Under the pieces are notes generated by a model that had not been told where the DNA came from, did no database searches, and saw only the letters and a list, made by a program, of their open reading frames with translations. From NCBI GenBank assembly GCA_003487265.1, contig DNEP01000006.1:3276-67275 (forward strand): DNA of 64,000 nt, read 5' to 3'. This DNA comes from Minisyncoccota bacterium. Its GTDB lineage: Bacteria > Patescibacteriota > Microgenomatia > UBA1400 > UBA12028. Below, in pieces: positions 40,780-48,258 of the stretch. The translations under genes were made by a program, and so were the position numbers. The stretch's first letter is position 1, and each line of letters begins with the position of its first letter.

Positions 40780-41127
40780 TTAGATCGCTGGGTTAAGGAT
40801 GTCAAATCCTGCACCGAAGAATACGAGTGACAAGATCTGAACAATCCAATACGCCCCGATTACAAGGAGAAATCCAATAAGCGCGGTTTGAATCGTTTTT
40901 GACCCTTTTTCGAGTCCTTTTGGATCACCTCCAGATGCGACAATGGTGATTCCACCAAACACAAGCATAACAAAGATGATTAACCCACCAAACAGAAAAA
41001 TGTTTGGTAAAAACACATTGATAATGCTCGCGGGATTGGGAAATTTTGAGTCAATAGTTGCCCCAGTATTCGAGTTTAAGATGAGTTCTTGTTTGAAATC
41101 AACGACGGCAAGCAACGATCTGGACAT
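40780..41127 (-). CDS. Small two-TM membrane protein, paralog 7
   Basis: '...VFGGITIVASGGDPKGLEKGSKTIQTALIGFLL...FFGAGFDILNP'. Confidence 0.5.
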   Translation of the reverse strand: MSRSLLAVVDFKQELILNSNTGATIDSKFPNPASIINVFLPNIFLFGGLIIFVMLVFGGITIVASGGDPKGLEKGSKTIQTALIGFLLVIGAYWIVQILSLVFFGAGFDILNPAI

Positions 41128-41146
41128 ACGAATATCTTAGCATATT

Positions 41147-41536
41147 TCAGAAAATCTGAGGGGGTTGCGTGCTTGTTTGTGTTTCTGCCGAGCCCGATGC
41201 CTGTTGCGCCGTTGAAGGCGAGGGTTTTGGGGTTGGGCTCCCCTGCGTTGCAACGTCGAGTGCGATCGGAAAAGATGACAACTCGTCTTGTGTGTATTGA
41301 CGGCGTTGATCAACATCGCGAATCGTGTTTTTGTCAATTGTGTCAGGTAATTTTTTTGTTTGTTCTTGAATTTCGGCAGGAAGGGTATATTTTTTTGCGT
41401 TTATCGACAGAGACACCGCGATCCACAGAATAACGGTGATGATACCAATAATGCCAATCATGGCGTATTCTCGACTATGCGTTACATATGCCAAGAAAGA
41501 TTGATCTTTTGGAGAGCGTATTTTTTGCGATGTCAT
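41147..41536 (-). CDS. Bitopic membrane protein with a P/S/T/Q-rich C-terminal tail
   Basis: 129 aa with one TM 'IGIIGIITVILWIAVSLSI'. It sits between the PilO-like gene and the paralog array and overlaps the PilO-like stop by 4 nt. Confidence 0.4.
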   Translation of the reverse strand: MTSQKIRSPKDQSFLAYVTHSREYAMIGIIGIITVILWIAVSLSINAKKYTLPAEIQEQTKKLPDTIDKNTIRDVDQRRQYTQDELSSFPIALDVATQGSPTPKPSPSTAQQASGSAETQTSTQPPQIF

Positions 41537-42282
41537 AGTTCAACCTCGTCTTGTTTTTTCTTGATGGTTTTTTCAACTGGTTGCCCAACAAAAAACGCGT
41601 GTACTTCTAACGACGCATTTTGAATGCTCACCTCATCTGCGTTTTTTAGCGTTGCGATGGATACAGATTGGACCTTCATCATGCGATCGGCCTTTTCCAC
41701 TGCTTGAATAAACGATCGGATTTGGGGATAGGTCGCGAGAAGGCGGACCTGAATAACCGCGGAATGAATTTCCCCATTTTTTTCTGGGGCGGGGAGATTT
41801 TCTGGAATGGATGCCATTTGAATAGATGAAAGGCGGATTCCTTGATCGGAACCAATGCGTTCAATCCGTTTTACCACCTCTTCGATCTCGGGAGTGTTTG
41901 GAATGGTGCGATGGAGGTTGTTGATTTGCGCTTTTAATGGCGGAAGTTCGGTTGAAAATGAAGAAAGTACCGAGATTTTTTCTGACAACAACTGTGTTGT
42001 TTTTTGTCGATCCTCGATTTGTTTGAGGAGATCGGACATGGTGAGAAGCGTGGGGCGAATTGCAAGCGTTGCGAGTAAAACAATAGACAGCACCGTCGCG
42101 GTAAGTTCAAGTGTTGTGCGCGAAGAAGACTGGTTTACGAGTCGTTGTGCGGTTTGCTCCGCAATACGCCGAAGGTCGTAAAACGTTGCCTTCGCTTGTT
42201 TTTTTGGGCCAAACGATTGCGGTTGAGGTGCAGAAAATTGAGAAGGAGAGGTTGAGCCGACTGTTTGTGGTGCGTCTGTCAT
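41533..42282 (-). CDS. PilO-like pilus-assembly protein
   Basis: 249 aa. Cytoplasmic N-terminus, single TM 'LELTATVLSIVLLATLAI', a coiled-coil, then a ~120-aa C-terminal domain. This is the PilO/PilN-type bitopic architecture. It overlaps the PilN-like stop. Confidence 0.45.
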   Translation of the reverse strand: MTDAPQTVGSTSPSQFSAPQPQSFGPKKQAKATFYDLRRIAEQTAQRLVNQSSSRTTLELTATVLSIVLLATLAIRPTLLTMSDLLKQIEDRQKTTQLLSEKISVLSSFSTELPPLKAQINNLHRTIPNTPEIEEVVKRIERIGSDQGIRLSSIQMASIPENLPAPEKNGEIHSAVIQVRLLATYPQIRSFIQAVEKADRMMKVQSVSIATLKNADEVSIQNASLEVHAFFVGQPVEKTIKKKQDEVEL

Positions 42283-42824
42283 GATTTTACCTCGAAAGAA
42301 AGAATGAACTGATATCCCATCTCTTTTTCATCATCGTTTCGAACTTGGGAAACCGAAAGTTTTTCAATTTGCGGTGATTTTTGAAGTGTGGTGACAAGAA
42401 GCGCAATATCATCTGCTGAGTTTGCAATTCCCGCAATTTGAAGTTGGGCGCCTTTTTGTTGAATAGTTTTCAGATATACGTTGCGAGGTATCTTTGAACT
42501 CACAACGTCAAGAGCGCGAACAATAGAACCTTGCTTTTCTGTTTGAGAAAGAAATGTTGTTTTTTGTTGGATTGCGCGAACATCCTGCTCCATTGTTCCG
42601 TAGGAGGAGACAATCGCCGATTTTTGGACGAGGGTTGCGTTAAGATCGGTGAGATCTCGGTCGAGCTTGAATCGAGAAGCGATACTCAAGATAACGATAA
42701 ACTCGGTGAAGATGATGAGATGTTTCCCAACCGCAGAAGACCAACTCAGCAAACGACCTACGGGCGTGTCAAGAAAAGGATCTTTTGGAAGTAAGTTGAT
42801 GGATTGGACAGGTTTTGTATTCAT
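42279..42824 (-). CDS. PilN-like pilus-assembly protein
   Basis: The N-terminal 'SINLLPKD' matches the hallmark PilN 'INLLP' motif. It is followed by a TM 'LIIFTEFIVILSIASRF' and a periplasmic domain. I chose the start at the MNTKPVQ codon. Confidence 0.5.
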   Translation of the reverse strand: MNTKPVQSINLLPKDPFLDTPVGRLLSWSSAVGKHLIIFTEFIVILSIASRFKLDRDLTDLNATLVQKSAIVSSYGTMEQDVRAIQQKTTFLSQTEKQGSIVRALDVVSSKIPRNVYLKTIQQKGAQLQIAGIANSADDIALLVTTLQKSPQIEKLSVSQVRNDDEKEMGYQFILSFEVKS

Positions 42825-42895
42825 CGCTCCTCGGCAGGAAGGGTACATGGCGACCATGTATTTATGTATGATACTATATCTCAAAAGATTCTGCT

Positions 42896-43507
42896 ATGAA
42901 CTTCACCCCCCAATTTCAAGAAGAACGTCAAAAAGAGCGCGTGTTTGTTCACGATCTTCGATCTGGGGATGTGCGCGCGGTTGAGGAATGGTATCGCCTG
43001 TATAAACAAAAAATGTTGCGATATGTGAATCAAAAAATCGGCGATTCTCGTGACGCCGAGGAAGTCATGCATGATATTTTCCTTTCCTGTTTAGAAAGTC
43101 TCCCTCTTTTCCATGGTCAGTCGATGCTTTGGACGTGGATGTGCGCAATCGCGCGACACGAGATTGCCGATTATTTTCGCAAAAAATACGCAAAAAAATT
43201 GATCAAATCGATTCCACTTATTGATGCGATTTTACCTCTTGTGGGATCACGTTCGGGGGAAGATACACAAAGCACAACCGAGGAAATCCAACTCGCGCTT
43301 CGGGAGTTGTCGGATCGCGATCGCGAGATTTTGCTTATGAAGTACATTGATAAACTGCACGTGAGTGAAATCGCGAGAAAGTTTGGTGTGAGTCTGAAAA
43401 GCATGGAGTCCTCACTTTTTCGAGCGAGAAAATTATTTCGATCGTTATACGAACGCTCCTGTCGCAATGCGACCGAGGCGGTATTCATGGAAAACACAAA
43501 CGCGTGA
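42896..43507 (+). CDS. ECF-type RNA polymerase sigma-70 factor
   Basis: Region 2 is 'DAEEVMHDIFLSCL' and region 4 is the helix-turn-helix 'KLHVSEIARKFGVSLKSMESSLFRARKLF'. The gene is divergent from the PilN-like gene. Confidence 0.75.
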   Translation: MNFTPQFQEERQKERVFVHDLRSGDVRAVEEWYRLYKQKMLRYVNQKIGDSRDAEEVMHDIFLSCLESLPLFHGQSMLWTWMCAIARHEIADYFRKKYAKKLIKSIPLIDAILPLVGSRSGEDTQSTTEEIQLALRELSDRDREILLMKYIDKLHVSEIARKFGVSLKSMESSLFRARKLFRSLYERSCRNATEAVFMENTNA

Positions 43508-43536
43508 AATAAGCGCGAATACTCGACGAATACATC

Positions 43537-43788
43537 ATGCAGGAAACAACATCAAAAAGAGATAAAAACAATCGAGAGGCAGTCTTCCTTTCTCGTTTGC
43601 GCGAACTCGCCGAAGAACAAACGATTCTTTCAAAAACATCGCCACTGCCCGATTGGTCTGCCCCTCTGGCAAACTGGATTGAAAAACGCGCGTATTGGCT
43701 TATTCCCAGCATCGCATTTTGTTTTTCGATGGTGATCTTTTTGTGGAAGTATCCAACCTTTCTTGAAATGGGAGCACACCTGCGATGA
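43537..43788 (+). CDS. Putative anti-sigma factor (small single-TM protein)
   Basis: 83 aa directly downstream of the ECF sigma gene, with a C-terminal TM 'WLIPSIAFCFSMVIFLW'. The assignment is by position only. Confidence 0.3.
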   Translation: MQETTSKRDKNNREAVFLSRLRELAEEQTILSKTSPLPDWSAPLANWIEKRAYWLIPSIAFCFSMVIFLWKYPTFLEMGAHLR

Positions 43789-44147
43789 ACTTCAAGATGA
43801 ATCTCATGCGCGTTCTTCCGCTTTTCTATAACCCTTTCCTCACCTTGCAGGGGGTGCTGTTTCATCCGTACAAAACATTTCGTGAAATTGCTCGAGAACA
43901 TCGGTGGTACTGGGTTGCTTTTCCTTCTTTACTTTGGATTTTTGGGTTTTTGATTTGGCGTATGCTGTTTTTGTTTGGTGTGTTGCGATTTGGATATGCA
44001 ATGAGCTGGATTTTTTTGTCGCTCTGGTTTACGATCTACTGTTCAATGTACCAAGTGTTTGTGTTGTATCTATTGGTGAGATTTGGAGATGTTAAACTGC
44101 AGATGATGTTACGTAAAAAAGGAAAACATGAAGGCGCAAAAATATGA
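43785..44147 (+). CDS. Hypothetical integral membrane protein
   Basis: 120 aa with 3 hydrophobic helices. Its start overlaps the previous stop and its stop overlaps the idi start. Confidence 0.35.
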   Translation: MNFKMNLMRVLPLFYNPFLTLQGVLFHPYKTFREIAREHRWYWVAFPSLLWIFGFLIWRMLFLFGVLRFGYAMSWIFLSLWFTIYCSMYQVFVLYLLVRFGDVKLQMMLRKKGKHEGAKI

Positions 44148-44767
44148 CACAGGATGCTGATTTGTTGGCCCGCGTTCAGCGCGCGATCGATCCTGACGTT
44201 TTTGCGCGTCTCTCGCAGATGCAGGTTGCATTTGTCGATGAAAACGGAATCGAGATTGGGCAAACCTCGGTGATTGATGCGCATCTTGGTGAAGCAAAAC
44301 GTCATCGCGCCGCTTCGGTCTTTTTATTTTCTGACTCTGGAAAAATGTTGATGCAACAACGAGCAAAACAAAAAATTGTTGGTGGTGAGCTGTGGTCGAA
44401 CACGATCTGTGGGAACGCCCGCCCCAGTGAGTCAAGTGAGGCGTGTGCCCACCGACGGTTGCGGGAAGAGCTGGGAATTGAGGGGGTGGTGCTGGAACAG
44501 GTGGACTCGTTTGAGTATCGCGTCCCATGTGATGCATTTTTTAGCGAGTGGGAGTTTGATACCGCGTTTATCGGCACATATTCAGCAGAACCAACGCCAA
44601 ACCCGCAAGAAGTGATGGGTTGGGAATATCTCTCGTTTGATGTTATTCAGAAACAGCTCGAGGATTATCCAGAAAAGTTTTCCCCGTGGTTTCGCGTATT
44701 TATAAAACGACCGAAAATTCTCGAGATGTTTCACGCTGTATCTAGGCAGATTGTAGAAAAAGAATAG
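44144..44767 (+). CDS. idi: Isopentenyl-diphosphate delta-isomerase (type 1, Nudix fold)
   Basis: 'HRAASVFLFSDSGKMLMQQRAKQKIVGGELWSNTICGNARP' parallels the IDI-1 'HRAFSVF..' and 'W.NTCC.HP' blocks. The Nudix glutamates are in 'HRRLREELGIE'. Confidence 0.7.
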   Translation: MTQDADLLARVQRAIDPDVFARLSQMQVAFVDENGIEIGQTSVIDAHLGEAKRHRAASVFLFSDSGKMLMQQRAKQKIVGGELWSNTICGNARPSESSEACAHRRLREELGIEGVVLEQVDSFEYRVPCDAFFSEWEFDTAFIGTYSAEPTPNPQEVMGWEYLSFDVIQKQLEDYPEKFSPWFRVFIKRPKILEMFHAVSRQIVEKE

Positions 44768-44783
44768 CGCGTGGGGGGTTTGT

Positions 44784-45764
44784 ATGCGAAAAGCAACTGT
44801 TCAATCATCATCTGATGTTGCATTAGTCAAGTATTGGGGGAGAAAAGACGAAGTATTACGTCTTCCAGAAAATGGAAGCATTTCGTTGATTTTAGATTCG
44901 CTGTATTCACAAACAACGGTTGAGTTTCGCAATGATTTGTCGCGGGACGAAGTCACCATTACCGGTCTATCGGAAGAAGGTGAAGAAACGCGCGTTTCAA
45001 AACACTTGGATCGTATTCGCGCATTGGCGGGAGTTCAAACGCGCGCAAAAGTGAACTCGGTAAATAATTTTCCTCCTGCGACGGGATTGTCGAGTAGTGG
45101 ATCGGGATTTTCTGCGCTCACGCGCGCTGGGTTGCTGGCGGCGGGTTTGGATTTGAATGAGCGTGAGATCTCAATTTTGGCGCGACAAGGATCGGGAACG
45201 GCGTGTCGATGCAGTTGTGGAGGAATTGTTGAGTGGAAAGATGGCGACACATCCGAAGCGTCATATGCGGAGTCGCTGTACGCTTCAGATTATTGGGATA
45301 TTCGAGATGTGATTGCGGTTGTTTCCACCGGTCGAAAAGATACTTCTTCAAGTGAAGGACACACGTTGGCGAAAACCTCTCCGTTATATTCAACTCGATT
45401 AGCAAACATTCCCAAAAAACTCTTTCAAGTAAAAGAGTTGTTGGCAAAAAAAGCGTTCGAGGAGTTGGGAGAGGTTGTCGAGCAGGAAGCGCTCGAATTT
45501 CATAGCATTTTATTTACCTCAACGCCATCGCTTTTTATATGGTTGCCAGGAACGATCGAGGTTATTCGTGAGGTTCGTGCGCTTCGTACAGAAGGAGTGC
45601 CCGCATATTTCACGATCAGTACGGGATTTAACGTGCATGTGCTGACGTTGCCGGAATTCGAATCAAAAGTTGAGGAACGGTTGCGCGCATTACCGTCGGT
45701 TATCAATATTTTAAAAAGTAAAATAGGCGATGCGCCAAAAGAACTGCAAACGCATTTGTTTTAG
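44784..45764 (+). CDS. mvaD: Diphosphomevalonate decarboxylase (GHMP kinase family)
   Basis: 'SSDVALVKYWGRKDEVLRLPENGSISL' matches the MVD N-terminal motif 'NIA.IKYWGK.D'. 'PPATGLSSSGSGFSAL' is the GHMP ATP-binding motif. I cannot exclude a phosphomevalonate decarboxylase variant. Confidence 0.65.
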   Translation: MRKATVQSSSDVALVKYWGRKDEVLRLPENGSISLILDSLYSQTTVEFRNDLSRDEVTITGLSEEGEETRVSKHLDRIRALAGVQTRAKVNSVNNFPPATGLSSSGSGFSALTRAGLLAAGLDLNEREISILARQGSGTACRCSCGGIVEWKDGDTSEASYAESLYASDYWDIRDVIAVVSTGRKDTSSSEGHTLAKTSPLYSTRLANIPKKLFQVKELLAKKAFEELGEVVEQEALEFHSILFTSTPSLFIWLPGTIEVIREVRALRTEGVPAYFTISTGFNVHVLTLPEFESKVEERLRALPSVINILKSKIGDAPKELQTHLF

Positions 45765-45772
45765 GACTGTAT

Positions 45773-46471
45773 ATGAACAAACCAATAGATCATATCGCGA
45801 TCATTATGGACGGAAATCGTCGGTGGGCACGCGCACATTCTCTTCCCGAAGTTGCGGGGCACGAGTTTGTGGTGAATCATGTGATTGAGGAGCTCGTTGA
45901 TGAATGTGTAGCGCAACATATTCCATATCTTACATTGTGGGCATTTAGCACAGAAAACTGGAATCGGTCAACACTCGAGGTAAATGCGGTGCTTAATCTT
46001 TTTCGCAAAGCATTTGAAAAAAATGTTCAAGATCTACACAAAAAAGGTGTGCGATTGCTGATGATTGGAGATTTGTCGCGTTTTCCCGAGGATATTCAAA
46101 AAAATGTCGCGCGATGGATTGAAATGTCGAAAGATAATACAAAAATTACGCTGATTATCGCGCTGAATTACGGTGGTCGTGATGAAATTGTTCGTGCGAT
46201 GAAAAAACTTTCTGTTGAGAACTTTCCACCCGAAAAACTGCGCGAAATATCAACCGATTCATTTGGGGAATTCCTCGACACCGCGGGAGTTCCCGATCCC
46301 GATCTCATCATTCGCCCAGGGGGTGAAAAGCGCCTGTCTGGGTTTATGCTTTGGCAAAGTGCGTACGCGGAGTTGTATTTTTCTGATTTGATGATGCCCG
46401 AGTTTCGCACCGAGGCGTTGCGAGATGCAGTTCAAGACTATGGGGAACGTAAGCGGCGTTTTGGAAAATAA
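45773..46471 (+). CDS. uppS: Undecaprenyl-diphosphate synthase (cis-prenyltransferase)
   Basis: 'HIAIIMDGNRRWA', 'LTLWAFSTENWNR' and the C-terminal 'RLSGFMLWQSAYAELYF' cover all UPPS signature blocks. Confidence 0.85.
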   Translation: MNKPIDHIAIIMDGNRRWARAHSLPEVAGHEFVVNHVIEELVDECVAQHIPYLTLWAFSTENWNRSTLEVNAVLNLFRKAFEKNVQDLHKKGVRLLMIGDLSRFPEDIQKNVARWIEMSKDNTKITLIIALNYGGRDEIVRAMKKLSVENFPPEKLREISTDSFGEFLDTAGVPDPDLIIRPGGEKRLSGFMLWQSAYAELYFSDLMMPEFRTEALRDAVQDYGERKRRFGK

Positions 46472-46511
46472 AATTTCGGAAATACCTCCAGATTTTTGAT
46501 AGAATAAACAA

Positions 46512-48257
46512 GTGAGAAAAACATCCATTTTTGTTGTGATCTTTTTTGTCCTTTTTTCGTTTTATTTTTCCAGAGGATTTTTTGTTCGTGCGATTGATTG
46601 TCAGGGGGACGCAACCTGCACACAACTCTCTCAAGACATTGAAAAACTTCAAAAAGATTTAGAGGCGAGTGTGAATGCAACAACACCATTGGTTGATGAA
46701 GTAAAAAAGCTTGATGCGCGAATTAAATCAATACAGTCAGCAATCTCATCAGCGAAAAAAAAGGCAAACGATCTCGCGATCGATGTTGAAAAACGAGAAG
46801 CCGAGCTTGGTCAGACCTACACAGAACTTGCGCTCCGCGTGCGTCGACAGTACATGCAAAAACGATCAACATCAGATTTGGAGATATTTTTCAGCAATAC
46901 CTCCTCGAGCACCACGCGCGCACTCGCGTATCGTGCGAGTTTGGCAAAACAGGATGAACAAAAAGTGCATGAGTTGGGTGCAATAATCATTGCACTAGAA
47001 GAAGACAAAAAGCGATTAGAACAAGAACAGAAGCAACTCGCGGGATTACAGGTACAAATCGACAAACAGGCGAGTTTTTTCAAGCAGGAAATCGCAAATG
47101 CCGTTTCATATCAACAATCGTTGCGTGGGAAAATCGCGGAGTTTTCTGCGAAACAGCAGTCGATTTTGTCTGAAAAATCGGGAACATTTCAAACAACCGT
47201 TGGAGATGTTCCACTCGCCGATGATTTTAACGCATCGCCCGCGTTTTCCCCACCGTTTAGCCCCGCATTCGCGGTATTTTCGTTTGGTGCCCCCCACTTT
47301 AACGGGCTTTCGCAGTACGGCGCGCTCGGGCGATCAAAAGAGGGGCAAAGTGCGGATCAGATTTTACACGCCTACTACGGCGATGTTGAGATCAAAAAAG
47401 ATTATGATCAGAACACTGAAATTTGTGTCGGCTCAAGCGCTTCAAACTGCGAGCGCATGTCGATGGAAACCTACGCAAAACGCATTTACGAAGTTCCCAA
47501 CGGTTGGGGCGATCAAGGGGGAATGGAGGCGTTGAAAGCGCAGGCGGTTGCCGCGCGATCCTACGCGTTGGCGGACATGCAACGGCGAGGGTACATTTGT
47601 GCAACAGAATCGTGCCAAGTGTATAAATCTTCAAACAAGGGCGGGAACTGGGAGAGCGCAGTGAACGCGACGGCGGGCTGGGTGCTTATGAAGAACGGAA
47701 AACCGTTATGGGCAAAATATGCCTCAACCGCGGGAGGATACATTGATGCATACACCGATTCTGCATCCACAGGGCATCGAACGCCGAGTTTTTGGGATAC
47801 AAAAAATGGTCGCGATGGATGGACTTCACAGGCATTCGAAAAAATTGCGGGGAGTCCGTGGTTTTACAAAGCGTGGTACAAAACGCGAGGGGGTGATTCC
47901 TGCGGTCGTTCGCATCCGTGGCTCACACAGGAAGAAACCGCGGATGTTCTCAACGCGTGGATTGTGCTTTCAAACACGAGTGAGTCGCGTATCTCGCCTC
48001 TTGGTGGATGTTGGGGTGGGAATCCGTACTCGATGAGTGAGTTGCGCGATCGTGCGAACGGATACGGTGGCGCGGTGACAAGCGTGAGCGATGTTCATGT
48101 CGAGTATTCAAACGATGGATACACCGCCAATGTGATCTTTCAAACAAACAAAGGTGAGGTTTCGATTTCTGGGTCTGAGTTTAAAAAAGTGTTCAACATC
48201 CGCGCGCCTGGCAACATTTCGGTCAAGAGTGGGTTGTTTAATGTAGAGAAGAGATAA
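46512..48257 (+). CDS. SpoIID/LytB-domain protein with an N-terminal coiled-coil
   Basis: Signal/TM, then a ~200-aa coiled-coil. The SpoIID signature 'EALKAQAVAARSYAL' and 'SCQVYKS' are present. Confidence 0.65.
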   Translation: MRKTSIFVVIFFVLFSFYFSRGFFVRAIDCQGDATCTQLSQDIEKLQKDLEASVNATTPLVDEVKKLDARIKSIQSAISSAKKKANDLAIDVEKREAELGQTYTELALRVRRQYMQKRSTSDLEIFFSNTSSSTTRALAYRASLAKQDEQKVHELGAIIIALEEDKKRLEQEQKQLAGLQVQIDKQASFFKQEIANAVSYQQSLRGKIAEFSAKQQSILSEKSGTFQTTVGDVPLADDFNASPAFSPPFSPAFAVFSFGAPHFNGLSQYGALGRSKEGQSADQILHAYYGDVEIKKDYDQNTEICVGSSASNCERMSMETYAKRIYEVPNGWGDQGGMEALKAQAVAARSYALADMQRRGYICATESCQVYKSSNKGGNWESAVNATAGWVLMKNGKPLWAKYASTAGGYIDAYTDSASTGHRTPSFWDTKNGRDGWTSQAFEKIAGSPWFYKAWYKTRGGDSCGRSHPWLTQEETADVLNAWIVLSNTSESRISPLGGCWGGNPYSMSELRDRANGYGGAVTSVSDVHVEYSNDGYTANVIFQTNKGEVSISGSEFKKVFNIRAPGNISVKSGLFNVEKR

Positions 48258-48258
48258 A

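Noticed and set aside
38256-41127. Interpreting the seven small paralogs as type IV (class III signal) pilins
   Set aside because: None has the G/FTLIE prepilin-peptidase motif or an N-terminal hydrophobic alpha-1 helix right after a short leader. Their two-helix hairpin fits a VirB2/TrbC-like or other two-TM fold better.
18831-42884. Calling the block an integrative conjugative element or prophage
   Set aside because: I saw no integrase, transposase, relaxase, coupling protein, phage structural genes, tRNA-adjacent att-like direct repeats or abrupt compositional shift. It is flanked by dnaN and an ECF sigma gene.
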